DNA of 64,000 nucleotides from the human T2T-CHM13v2.0 reference genome, Homo sapiens: assembly GCF_009914755.1 (NCBI RefSeq), contig NC_060925.1. One strand, given 5' to 3'. The notes under the pieces were generated by a model, which was not told the origin of the DNA, searched no databases, and was given only the letters and a program-made list of their open reading frames with translations. A program made the translations under genes and the position numbers. Of the stretch, positions 1 to 13,800 are shown one piece after another (the first letter of the stretch is position 1; the number at the start of each line of letters is the position of its first letter).

Positions 1-671
1 ACGCAATACAAGTAAGACAAACCACTTTAAAACAATTTCATGTTTTTCTATTTCAAATCATATCTCAAAAACGATCTTTTAAATGTAATATAATGACATT
101 CTCAGTAGCCTTGTTTTATATAATATAGTTTTAAAAATAAAATATTTATATTTGCAAGTTATTTTATTACTAATATTTTTAAATACTTTTTTTACAGTTA
201 AAAATATTTCTAAGGTGTGCTCATGGTGTTTTTAATCAATGCTATTTTCTTAAGTAACATTGATGTATTTGCTTCTAGGTAGTCCTCTATTTTTGTAACA
301 ACATCCAGAGTTCTTTGGGATCCATAGTTTTTATATGCTTTGTTTCTTTTCTTATACACCCTTCTGCCTCTCTATATAAACTGAATATGAACTTTCTCTA
401 AGGCATCTGAAACAGAAGACTTTTGGGGAAGGCAACATACTTAATTTAATCTATATTGCGGGACAAAGTTTCTGTGTCTGAGAAATGGAAAACATTCTTT
501 GCCACTTAAAGCCTATGTCAGTTTTATAGCCTATCGTTCGAAATCCAGATAGTCACCTTCTCCAACCTTTCCAGACCATTACTCTTTTCTTTCATACCCC
601 TAATTTTACATGAAATATTTCTTTCCACCTGTATATTCCTATAAGCAATACACAAAGCCAACACACAGTAA

Positions 672-1011
<340 letters not shown>

Positions 1012-1657
1012 TATATATTGGCTCTTTTCAAGACTTCTAGAGACTGCAGACTCAGTAGGCACTTGGTATGGTTTTCTATTATTGCAGAAAATGTTTTCTC
1101 AAATGTTTTATTGTTTTCTCAAATGTTTTCCATGACATAATATGTATGTTCCACCATTTTTTCAGGATATAATATCTGCTTCTTAGTATCTGCTACCCTA
1201 CTGATAAGCCCATGTCACACATATTGAGGGAATGTCATTATTATTTAAATGTTTAATATTTGTATGTATTTGGTATATTCTGGTTATAAGTCCTTTATCA
1301 AATATATAATTTGAAAATGTATTGTCTGACTCTCTGGCTTCTTTTTATTATAGTAGCAATGGATTTCAAAGAGTAAACATTTTTTATTTTGATAAATTAT
1401 GAATTAAATTTATAATTTTCTTCTCTTACATATTGTGCTTCTGAGGTTTCCTATAAATGTTTTTTTCTTCCCCTGACAGCAAAGATTTTTCTTCATGATT
1501 ATTATACTGTGATTTATAGTCTTTGGTTTCATATTAAGGTCTAGAGCTCATATGGAGTTAATTATCATATATAGTGGCTGGTAGATATGGAAACTTATTT
1601 TTTGCACGTTGATGTCCAATTACGCTAGCATAGTTTGTTGAAAATTCTGTAGTTTCT

Positions 1658-1920
1658 AATGCCGGAACAGAAAACCAAACAATGTATGTTCTCATAAGTG
1701 GGAGCTGAATGATGAGAACACATGGACGCATGGGGGGAACAATACACACTGGTGCCTGTTGGAGGAGGTTGGTTATGGGAGGGAGAGGAAAATAGTTAAG
1801 AGATGAGATACTGGGCTTAGTACCTAGGTGATGAGATGATCTGTGCAGCAAATCACCATGGCACACATTTACCTATGTAAAAAACCTGCACATGTACCTC
1901 TAAACTTAAAAATTGAAAGA
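1658..1920 (+). mobile_element. 5'-truncated L1PA (older primate, ~L1PA10-16) 3' end with 17-bp TSD
   Basis: ggaacagaaaaccaaac...gtgggagctgaatgatgagaacacatggac...acctatgtaaaaaacctgcacatgtacc...aaacttaaaaa. TSD AAAATTCT(G/A)TAGTTTCT at 1641-1657 and 1921-1937. Confidence 0.9.
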
Positions 1921-3085
1921 AAAATTCTATAGTTTCTTTGACCAAATATGGCCTATATTTGGGCTCTATTCTGCTCCACCCTTTAATATATGTGTCTCCT
2001 TTCCAAAACCACTGCTTGATTACTATGACTTTATTTAAAGCTTGATGCCAGGCATTGAAAGGCAAGTGCTCCAAACTTGTTTTTTATGTTTCAAATTTCT
2101 TGTGGCTCTTGCAATTATTTTGTCTGGCCATAAAATTTTTTTAATGACTTTGTCAATTTCTTAAAAAGTAAAAAAATCCTTCTGGGATTTTGATTAGAAC
2201 TATATTGAATTGACAGATCACTTTAAGGAGAACTGACATCATGAGGATATTGAGTCTACTAATCCACAAACACAATGTGTCCTCCACTTATTTCTTTGAT
2301 GTCTCCCATTAACGTTTAGCAATTTTAAATATGTGAATATTTTACATGTTTTGCTGTGTTTAAACCTAAGCATTTCAAGTTTTATAACTGAAATTTTATT
2401 AAATTTTAATTACTATTGTTTATCAATACTATATCAAATTATAATCATTTCTTATATATTGACCTTATATTTGAGAGATGGCTAAATTCATATTAACTTT
2501 TGTTGTTTAGATGTTTTGAGATTGCTTTTGTAGACATTTGATTTGTATATAGAAATAGTATTATTTCTATATTTTCCTAAAAAAATTTTCTATTTTTTTT
2601 ACAAAAACATTACTTTTTTCTTGCCTGTGTAGATCATCAAGTATGATTTTGAATAGGAATGATGAAAACAGACACTATGTTGTTATTTCCAATTTTAATA
2701 TGAAAGCATTAAGTTCTCCCCAATAAGCGTAATGTTAGCTGTGGATTTTTATTTTTGTTTTTTAGTGAATGTCTTCATTAGGATAACTGTATTCCCTTTC
2801 CTTCTAGCTTTATGCATTTTTTTAACCATTAATGGATTTTAAATTGCATCAAATGCTATTTCTACCTCCAACAAGAGGAATGAAAGGCTTTATCTCTTTG
2901 TTTTAACATTGTGAAAATGGAAGTCATTGACATTTGATTGTGAAAACAGCTTTGCATTCCTAAGTATAAATCTTGTGTGATCATGACATATTGTCATTTG
3001 CATATATTGTCAGATTTGATTTTCAAATATTTCACTGACAAATTTTTCATCTTTGTCCATGATTATTATTGCTCTCTCTGTGGTT

Positions 3086-4970
3086 TCTTTTTTTTTTTTT
3101 AAAAAAATAACTTTATTTTAAGTTCTGGGGTACATGTGCAGGATGTGCAGGTTTGTTACATAGGTAAACGTGTGCCATTGTTGTTTGCTGCACAGACGAA
3201 CTCATCCCCTAGGTTTTAAGCCCACCAACCGTTAGCTATTCTTCCTGATTGTCTCCCTCCCACCGCCCTGCTCCACAGGTCCCAGTGTGTGTTGTTCCCG
3301 ACCATGTGTTCATGTATTCTCATCGTTCAGCTCCCACTTATAAATGAAAACAAGTGGTGTTTGGTTTTCTGTTCCTGTGTTACTTTGCTGAGGATAATGG
3401 CTTCCAGCTGCACCCATGTCCCTGCAAAAGGCATGACCTCATTCAGTTTTATGGCTGCATAGTATTCCATGGTGTATAGGTACCACATTTTCTTTATCCA
3501 GTTCACCATTGGTGGACACCTAGGTTGATTCCTGGTCTTTGCTATTGTGAATAGTGCTGCAATGAATATATGCATGCATGTAGCATTATAATAGAATGAT
3601 TTATACTGCTTTGGCTATATACTCAGTAATGAGATTGTGGGTCAAATGATATTTCTGCTTCCAGATCTTTGAGGAATCACCACACTGTCTTCCACAATTG
3701 TTGAACTAATTTCCCACCAATATTGTAAAAGCATTCCCTTTGCTCAGCAACCTTGCCATCTTCTGCTGTTTCTTGACTTTTTAATAATTGCCATTCTGAC
3801 TAGCATGAGATGGTGTATCTCCTTGTGGTTTTGATTTGCATTTCTCCAATGCTCAGTGATATTGAGCTTTTTTTCATGTTTGTTTGCTGCATGTATGTCT
3901 TTTGTGAGAAGTGTCTCTTCATGTCCTTTGCCCACTTTTTAATGGGGTTATTTGTTTTTTCTTGTAAATTTATTTAAGTTTGTTGTAGAATAAGTTCCTA
4001 TATCCTCTGGATGTTAGACCTTTCTCAGATGGGTAGATTGCAAAACTTTTCTCCCAATCTGTAGGATGTCTGTTCACTCTGATGACAGTTTCTTTTGCTG
4101 TGCAGAAGCTCTTTAGTTTAATTAGATCCCATTTGCCAATTTTTGCTTTTGTTGTTATTGCCTTTGGCATTTTTGTATAAAATCTTTGCCCATGCCTATG
4201 TCCTGAATGATATTGTCTAAATTTTCTTCTAGGGTTTTTATAGTTTTGGGTTTTTTATATTAAAGTCTTTAATCTATCCTGAGTTAATTTTTGTGTAAGG
4301 AGTAAGGGAGGAGTCCAGTTTCAATTTTCTACATATAGTTAGTTCTCTTATGAGAACTGTTTATTAAATAGGAAGCACCATTTATTAAATAGGGAATTAT
4401 TTCCCCGTTGCTTGTTTTTGTCAGGTTTGTTGAAGATCAGATGGTTGTAGGTGTGTAGTCTTATCTCGGAGTTCTCTATTCTGTTTCATAAGTCTATATG
4501 CCTGTTTTGGTACCATTACCATACTGTTTTGGTTACTGTAGCCTTGTGGTATAGTTTGAAGTTAGGTAGCATGATACTCCAGCTTTGTTCATTTTGTTTA
4601 AGGTTGTCTTGGCTATTCAGGCTCTTGTTTAGTTGCATATAAATTTTAAAATAGTGTTTTCTAATTCTATGAAGAATGTTACTGGTAGTTTAATAGGAAT
4701 AGCATTGAATCTATCAATTACTTTGAGCATTATGACTATTTTCACAATATTGATTCTTCATATCCATAAGCAGGAAATATTTTTCCATTTGTTTGTGTCC
4801 CCTCTGATTTCCTTGAGCAGTGGTTTGTAGATCTCCTTGAAGAGATCCTTCACTTCCCTTGTTAGATGTATTCCTAGGTATTTTATTCTCTTTGTAGAAA
4901 ATGTGAATAAAAGTTCATGCATAATTTGGCTCTCTGTGTGCCTATTGTTGGTGTGTAGGAATGCTAGCAA
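3086..4970 (-). mobile_element. L1PA (~L1PA8-13) 3' part (3'UTR plus ORF2 C-terminal half); non-inverted arm of a twin-primed insertion
   Basis: T-tract then ggggtacatgtgcaggatgtgcaggtttgttacataggtaaac. ORF track 3327-3575, 3970-4170 and 4758-4970 translate to L1 ORF2 C-terminal peptides ([50 protein letters not shown]). Confidence 0.92.
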
Positions 4971-6179
4971 AGAACCTTAGTAAGATACTCCATACTCTGT
5001 GAGAAGATCACACCCAAGACACATAATCAGCAGATTCTCTAAGGTTGAAATGAAGGAAAAAATGTTAAGGGCAGCCAGAGAGAAAGGCCAGGTCACCTGC
5101 AAAGGGAAGCCCATCAGACAAACAGTGGACTGCTCATTGGAAACCCTACAAGCCAGAGGAGATTGGGGGCCAATATTCAACCTTCTTAAAGAAAAGACTT
5201 TCCAACCCAGATTTCCATATCTGGCAAACTAAGCTGCGTAAGTGAAGGAAAAAGATCTTTTTCAGACAAGCAAATGTTGAGGGAATTCGAATTCATCACC
5301 AACAGGCCTGCCTTGCAAGAGCTGCTGAAGGAAGCACTAAATATGGAAAGGCAAAACTATTACCAGCCACTATAAAAACACACAAAGGATACAAGCCCGC
5401 AAATATAACCAGCCAGCATCATGATGACAAGATCAAATTCACACATATCAATATTAACCTTAAATATAAATGGGCTAAATGCTCAATTAAAATACACAGA
5501 ATGGCAAGCTAGATAAAGAGTAAAGTTCCATCAATGTGTTGTCTTCAAGAGATACACCTCACATGCAAAAATACCAATAGACTCAAAATAAAGGGATGGA
5601 GGAAAATTTACCAAACAAATGGAAAACAGACAAAAGCAGGGGTTGAAATCCTAGTTTCTGACAAAACAGACTTTAAACCAAAAAAGATTAAAAAACAAAA
5701 AGTCAAAGAAGGACATTATATAATGGGAAAGGGTTCAATTCAACAAGAAGAGCTAACTATCCCAAATGTACATGAACCCAGGAGCACCCAGATTCATAAA
5801 TCAAGTTCTTAGAGACCTTCAAAGAGACTTGGACTTCCACACAATAATAGTGGAAGAGCTTAACAGCCCACTAACAACATGAGACAGATCGTCAAGACAG
5901 AAAATTAAGAGAGATGTGCAGGACCTGAACTCAGTTCTGAAATCAAGTGGACATGACAGATATCTACAGAACTCTCCCTGCCAAAACAACAGAATATATA
6001 TTCTTCTCATTGGCACATAGCACATACTCTAAAATTGATTACATAACTGGAAGGAAAACACTCCTCAGCAAATGCAAAGGAACTAAAATAATAACAAAAA
6101 GTCTCTCAGATCACAGCACAGTCAAATTAGAACACAATATTAAGAAACTCACTCAAAACCACTCAAGTGCATGGAAATT
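4971..6179 (+). mobile_element. Inverted 5' arm of the same L1PA: ORF1 C-terminus, inter-ORF and ORF2 endonuclease domain
   Basis: ORFs 4999-5232 (RHIISRFSKVEMKEKMLRAAREKGQVT, ORF1), 5534-5812 (CCLQEIHLTCK...KIKGWRKIYQ, EN) and 5947-6240 (DIYRTL...HSTYSKIDY). Abrupt strand switch at ~4970. Confidence 0.9.
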
Positions 6180-7891
6180 TGCTTTTCTAATATATTGTTT
6201 TCATTTTTCACATCAAAGTAATGCTAGTCTCCTGAAATGAGTTAGACTACTTTCCTTTGTTCTGAAACAAAATGTGCAAAATTGATATTTTTTTTAAATG
6301 ACTGGTAGAATTTGCAAGTGAAGCCATCTGAGCCTGCAGTTTTCCCTGCTGGAAAGTTTCTAGTATCGATTTACTTGCTTTAATAGATATGGGACTATTC
6401 AAATGTCTCTTTCTTTTTGAGTTATCTTTAGAAGGGTGGGTCTTTCAACAGATGTGTCCATTTTATCAAAGTCATCAATTTGTGGGTATAGATTTGTTTT
6501 CAGTACCTCATAATAATGACTTTTGTAGCAACTTTAGGGTCAGTGGTGATACTATGTATTGAATTACCTACATTTGTAATTTGTGTTTTGTTCACAACTA
6601 TGTTTTTTTTTTGTTCTTAATTTTTTATTTCTCCATTTTTTTCTGCTTGCTTTAGGGTAAATTTTTCTTCTTTTTCTATTTTCAAAGTAAAACTTTGCTT
6701 ATTGATTTAAGACATTACTTTTTCAAATATAAGCATTACTTTTAAAATTGCCCTCTTAGCACTGCTCTAGCTGATTCTTAAAAATTTTAATATGCTGTTT
6801 TCATTTTTAATTATTATAAAATATTTTATGATGTTCTTGTGACTTCAAGCCAGAGAATAATTAGAAGTGTGTACTTAATTTTCAAGTGTTTTTATATTAT
6901 AAATATACCCTTTACTCAATGATTTAAATTCCTTTTTCACCTGCAAATATACTTTGCATAATTTTAATTATTTAAAATTGTGAAAAATCTTATTTATGCC
7001 CTAGAATATAGCCTATCTTGGTGAATGTTACATGTGTACTTAAGACATATAGATTTTCCTCCTGGTTTTGCGCATTTTGTGGTATTAATTTCATCTATGT
7101 ATAGTTCATCTAAAATTGTTTTCAAGTCTTTTGTTGTTAGTTCCACACACATATAGCATTCTTATTTCTTCTTGGAGAATTGATCCCTCATTCTTTGTGC
7201 TATATTCTTCTTTATCCTTCATATTTTTAATAAAGTCTACTTTTGGATAGTAATGTAGCTATTCCAGTTTTCATTTGGTTGTGTTGGTATGATAATTCTT
7301 TCTCCCTCCTTTTCTTTTTTTTTAAACTATCTATGTTTATACATTAAAAATTGGGTTTTAACCAAAAGCATTGAAAAAGAAGAAAAAATTGGATGTCTTA
7401 CACTTTCTGAATTCAAATTGTACTACAAAAGTATACAGTAATCATAACAGCGTGGTATTGGGATAAAGACAGACATACAGATCTATGGGATATAATAGAC
7501 ATCACAAAATAAACCCTCACATATGTGGTTAAATAATTTTTTACAAGAGATCCAAGACTATTCAGTGGAAAAATACATTTTATTCAACTCATGGTGTTGA
7601 GGAAACCAGTTATACACAGAGAATACAGGCTGGATCCTCAATTTACACCATATGCAAATATTAACTCTAAATATATCCAAGTCTTGAAATATAAATTCTT
7701 AAAAGAAAATATAATGAAAAAACCTTCACGACATTGGATTTAGCAATGATTTCTTAAATATGACATTAAAAGCACACGCAATAGAATTTTAAAAAGTGGG
7801 TAACAGAATTTCAAATTTAAAATTATACATCAAAGGAATCGATTAACAGGGAAAGGACAATGCATGGCAAGAGAAAAAAATTGCAAATCAC

Positions 7892-10800
7892 TTGTGGTTG
7901 GCCTTCTACGACCAACCACATGTTGAAAATATATGTTTTATTATGTGTTGTACTTAACTTGTTCAGACTTGTTTTCTCTTGTCATTGTTTTATAAACAAT
8001 ACAGTATAACAATATTTGCATGGCATTTACATGATATTAGGCATTATCAGTAATTTAGAGATTAAGTGTATGGAAAGATGTGTGTAGTATATATTCAAAT
8101 ATCACACAACTTTACTTTTTGAGGTAGTTCTTCATTTTTTTTATTTTATGGCAGCATAACAGTTGTAAATATTTATGGAGTATATTTGATATTGTGATAC
8201 TAGCATACAATATATAATGATAAAACGAGGGTAATTGGGATATATGTAACTTCAAACGTTTATCATTTATTTGTATTTGAAACTTTCCATTTCCCCTCTT
8301 CTAGTTATTTTTAAATATGCCATAACATGTTAGCTATAGCAGTACTATTGTGCAACTGAACATTGGATCTTTTTCCTTCTAACTATTTTTATACTCATTA
8401 ATTAAGCCCTCTTTATTTCACATTCCCACTATTCTTCAGAGTTCCTGGTGACCATCATTCTACTCTCTATATCCATGAGGTCATTTTTTTTTAGCTCCCA
8501 TGTATGAGTGAGAACATGAGATATAGGATATTTGTCTTTCTGTGCCTGACTTATTTCACTTAACATAATGTCTTCCAGGTTGATCTACGTTGTTGCAAAT
8601 GACAGAATTTCATTACTTTTATGGCTGAATAGTATTCTATTGTGTATGTGTACCATATTTTCTTTATCCATTCATTGATAAAGTGTCCTTCATTGATGGA
8701 CACTAAAGTTACTTCCATATCTTTACTATTGTGAAAGTAAGGCAATAAACATGGGAGTGCAAATATCTCTTTGATATACAGATTTCCTTTATTTCAGATA
8801 TATACCCATCAGTGGGATTGCTGGATCATATGGCAGTTCTATGTTAAGTTTTTTCTGGAACCTCTATATTGTTTACCATAGTGGCTATACTAATTCACAT
8901 TTCTACCAACAGTGTAGGAGAGTTTCCTTTTCTTCTCATCTTCACCAACATTAATTACTTCTTGTCTTTTTGGTAAGAGCCATTTTAACTGGGTGAGGTA
9001 ATATCACATTGTTTTCCTAATTTTCATTTTTCTGATGATTACTAATTTTGAAAATTTTTTATATACCTGTTGGCAGTTTGCATTTTTTTTTAGAGAGAGA
9101 AATGTTTGTTTAGATTTCTGGGACATTTTTAACCAAATTATTTTTTTCTGCTATTGAGTTGTTTGTTTCTCATATATTCGGATTATTAATCCTTTTTCAG
9201 ACGAGCAGTTTGCAAATATTTTCTCCCATTATGTAGATTCCGTCTGCAGCTTTGTTAATTGTTTCTCTGTTTGGAGATTTTCTCTTGATGTGATCACATT
9301 GGTCAATTTTTGCTTTATCTGTGTTTTTGAGATCTTACACAAAAACTCTTTGCCCAGACCAATGTACTGGAGTGTTCCCCAATGTTTTCTTCTAGAATTT
9401 TTAGAGTTACAAATCTTATATTTAAATCTTTAATCTACTTTGATTTGATTTTTGTGTATGGTGAGAGATAGAAACCCAGTTTCGTTCTCTGCAGATGGAT
9501 ATCCACTTTTCCTAATATCATTTACTGAAGAGACTGCTCTTTCCCCAAAGTATGCTCTTGGCGCCTTTGTCAAAAATTAGTGCATTTTAGGCGTGCAGAT
9601 TTATTTAAGTTCTCTATTCTGTTTCATTAGCCTGTATGTCCATTGTATTGCCAGTATCGTGCTGTTTTGGTCACTGTAACTTTCTAGTATAATTTGAGGT
9701 TAGGTAACGTGATGCCTCCAGCTTTCTTCTTTTGGCCCAAAATTGCTTTGGCTATTCTGGGTCAATTGTGTTTTCATATGTATTTTAGAATTTTTTTTTC
9801 TATTTCTGTGAAAATGTCATTGACATTTTGATATGGAGTACACTGACTCTGTAGAACAATTTGGGTACTATGGACAGTTTAACCATATCGATCCTTTCAA
9901 TTCATGAAAGAGAATATCTTTCCATTTTTTATATCCTTTTCAATTTCTTATATAAGTGTTTTATAGATTTTATTGTAGAAATACTTTACTCCTTTGCTTA
10001 TGTTTATTGTGAGGTATTTTATTTACCTGTAGCTATCATAAATTAGATTACTTTATTGGTTTCTTTCTCAGATTGTTCACTGTTGGTATATAAAATGGTA
10101 TGGATTTTCATATGTTGATTTTGTATCTTACAACTTGACTGACTTTATCGGTTCTACTGGCTGTTTTGGTGGAGTCTTTATGTTTTCCTAAATATAAGAT
10201 CATTGCAATAAGGATAATTTGATGTCTTCTTTCCCAATTTGAATTCCTTTCATTTCTTTCTCTTGTCTAATTGCTCTGGTTCTGACTTCTAGTACAACGT
10301 TGAATAAAAGTGGTGAAAGTGGACATTCTTGTCTTGTTCCAGATCTTACAGGAAAGACTCCGTTTTTTCCTGGTCAGTTTACTAGCTGTGGGTTTGTCAC
10401 ATCTGGCCTGTATCAGGTTGAGGTATGTTCCTCCTACACCCAGTATATTGAGAGTTTTTATCATAAGAAGATGCTGAGTTTTATTGAATGTTTTTGTTTA
10501 GCAACTATTGAAATGATCATATCATTTTTGTCCTTCAGGTTGTTCATGTAACGGATCACATTTGTTGATTTGTGTATGTTTAACAGACCTTAAATCCCAT
10601 GAATAAATCCCACTGGTCATTTTTAATGATCTTTTAATGTGTTGTTGAATTTGGTTTGCTAGTATTTTGTTGAGGATATTTGCATATTTGTTCATCAGTA
10701 ATATCAGCTTGTAGATTTCTTTTTTTGTTATGTCTTTGTCTGCTTTCATTATCAGTGTAATACTGACCTCATATAATTAGTTTGGAAGTATTTCCTCCTC

Positions 10801-13800
10801 CTGGATTTTTTAATAGCGTCAGTAGAAATGATATTAGTTCTTCTTTAAGTATTTGGTAAAATTCAGCAGTAAATTCACCAGGTCCTTGGCTATTCTTTGA
10901 TGGGAGACATTTTATTCATAGTTCTATCTTGTTACTTAATATTGATCGATTCAGGTTTTATATTTCTTCATGGTTCATTCTTGGTAGGTGGTATGTGTTT
11001 AGAAATTTATCCATTACCTCTAAGTTTTCAAATTTAGTGGTACATAGTTGCTAATGGTAGTCTCTAATGATTCTTTGAATTTCTGTGATATCAATTGTAA
11101 TGCCTCCTTTCTTGCCTCTTGTTTTATTTGGATCTCCTCTCTTTTTCTCTTAGGTTGGCTAATGGTTGGTCGATTTTGTTTATCTTAAAAAAAAACAACT
11201 TTTCACATAACAGATCTTTTGTATAATTTTTGTATTCATTTCATATATTGCTGCTCTGATCTTATTTCTTTTATTCCATTAACTTTTGATTTGGTTTGCT
11301 CTTGCTCTTCTACTTCTTTAAGATGCATTGTTATGTTATTTGAAATCCTCCTCCTTTTTTGATGTAGGCATTGCTAAAACCTTCCTGGTTAGTACTGAGT
11401 TTGCTGCATATATAGGTTTTTGTATGTTGTGTTTTCATTTTCATTTGTTTCAGTAATTTTATGTAAATATTCTTCTTAATTTTTTTCATTGATTCAATGG
11501 TCATTCAAGAACATATTGTTGAATTTCTATGTATTTGTATAGTTTCCTAAGTTCCTGTTATTATTAATATCTAGTTTTATTTCACTGGGCTCAGAAAAAA
11601 ATACTTAATATGATTTCACTTTTTTGAAACTTGTTTTATGGATTAACATGTGGTCTATCTTTGGCAATCTTCCTTTTGCTGAGGAGAATGTTTATTCCAT
11701 AGCAATTGGATGTTATATTCTGTACATGTCTACTACATCCATTTGTTCTAAGTGAAGATTAAGTCCAATGTTTCTGTGTCAATTTTCTGTCTAGATGGAT
11801 CTAACCAGAGCTCAAAGAGGAGTGTTGAAGTCCCCATCTATTACTGTACTGGGGTAGATATCTCTCTTTAGCCCTAATAATACTTTTTTATATATCTGAG
11901 TTCTCCAGTGTTAGGTACACATATATTTACAATTGTTAAATTCTCTTGCCAGATTGACCCCTTTATCATTCTACAATGACCTTCTTTGTCTTTTTTTTAC
12001 TGTTTTTGTCTTTAAATCTATTTTATTTGATGTAAGTATAGCTACTTGTTTTTGGTTTCCATTTGCACGGACTATCTTTTTGCATCCTTTCATTTTCAGT
12101 CTATGTGTGTCTTTAAGGGTGAAGTGAGTTTCTTGTAGGCAGCATACGTACAGTTAAGCCTTGTTTTTAAAAAATTTCTTATTTTTTTTAATCTATGCAG
12201 CCACCGTATGCCTTTCAACTGGAGAATTTAGCCTATTTATATTTAAGGTAATTATTAATAGGTAATGACTCACTATTGCCATTTTGTTATTTGTCTGCTG
12301 GTCGTATTGCTAGTCTTTATTCTGCCCTTCCTGTGTTCCTTTGTGTGTAAGTTTGTCTGATAGTATGTTTTAACTTCTTGTTTTTTTATATTTTCATATC
12401 TATTATAGGTTTTTTGCTTTGTTGCTTCCATGACACTTACAAATGACATTTTGTAGTCAGTTATTTTAAACTGGTGACAAACTTAGTTCTGATCACAAAG
12501 AAAAGGAAAAATAGAAAGAAAACAAGCAAAAAGAAAACTAAAAATCTCTACTTTTTAACTCAATTCTCCATTCCCTTCCTATTTTTTTCTTTTTGTTGTC
12601 TCTTCATTTTGTCCATCTCTTTACAAATTGTTGTAGTTATAATTTTTGATTGCTTTTGCTTTTAGTCTTCCTACTAAAGATATGAATGGTTTACACACTG
12701 AAATTACTGGGTTATTATGTATTTTATGTGTAATTATTTTTTATCAGTGAGTTTTATAACTTCAAATCACTTATTCTTTCATGTTAGCTTCCTTTTTTAT
12801 AATCGAATAATTCCTTTAGCATTTCTTGTAAGGTTTAATGCTGATAAAATCATTCAGCTTTTTTTCTTTGGTCTGGAAAAGTATTTCACTTTTATGTTTG
12901 AAGATTTCCTTGTTGGTTTTAATATTCTATGTTGGAAGGTTTTTTGTTTTTTTGTTTGTTTGTCCCCCAGCACTTTGAATATATCATCACACTCCCTCCT
13001 GCCCTTAAGGTTTCTGTCTAGAAGTCTGCTGTCAGATGTATCAAAGCTACTTTATATATTATTTGCTCCTTTTCTTTCACTGCTCTTAGGATCCTTTCAT
13101 TATCCTTGACCCTTGAGAGTTTGATTATTATACATTTTGAGTAGTCTTATTTGGTTTGAATCCTTTTAGCTTTCTTTGACCTTCTTATACCTCGATAGTC
13201 ATCTCTTTCTCTAGGTTTGGGAATTTCTCTGTTAGCCTTTGTTCAAATAAACTGTCTACATTGATCTCTTTTGCTACATCCTCTTTAAGGACAATAACCC
13301 TTAGATTGCCCTCTTGAGGCTATTCTCTGGATTTTGTAGGTGTACTTCATTCTTTTTTCTTATTTTTCTTTTGTGATTCTTCATATAGACCATCTTTAGC
13401 TTACTAATTGTTTCTTTTGCTTGAACAATTCTGCTGTTGAGATACTTTAATGCATTTTTAAATTTATCAATTGAATTTTTAGCTCCATAGTTTCTGCTTG
13501 CTTTTTAAAAATTATTTTAATCTCTTTGTAAAATTGCTCTAATAGAATTCTGAATTCTCTCTGCTATCTTGGTTTGTTGAGTTCCTTTAGGCAGAAATTT
13601 TAAATTCCCTGTCTGAGAGATCATCTATTTTCCGCACTTCAGGATTAGTCACTGGTGTCATATCTAGTCTGTTTGGTGAGGTCATATTTTCCTGAATGTT
13701 TTTGACACTTGTGGATATGCATCAAGATCTGGGCACTGAAACATTGGGTATTTATTCCATTATTGCCATCTGGGCTTGTGTGTACTCATTCCTCTTGAGA

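Larger units (their letters stand above)
1225..7345 (-). mobile_element. Old L1M (L1MC/MD/ME-like) ORF2 remnant; host element interrupted by younger L1PA insertions (1658-1920, 3086-6179)
   Basis: Degenerate antisense ORF2 motifs (gtcctttatcaaatatat, gaattgacagatcactttaaggagaactgacatc, tttgcattcctaagtataaatc). Reads continuously across the inserts and resumes at 15613. Confidence 0.75.

Noticed and set aside
1092-1129. Small local duplications (TGTTTTCTCAAATGTTTT x2; also 4360-4392, 43444-43475, 32533-32551)
   Set aside because: Ordinary slippage duplications with no sign of function.
7893-7920. Perfect 9-bp hairpin TGTGGTTGG...CCAACCACA
   Set aside because: It lies in the internally deleted end of MER2 and is too short to suggest a structured RNA.
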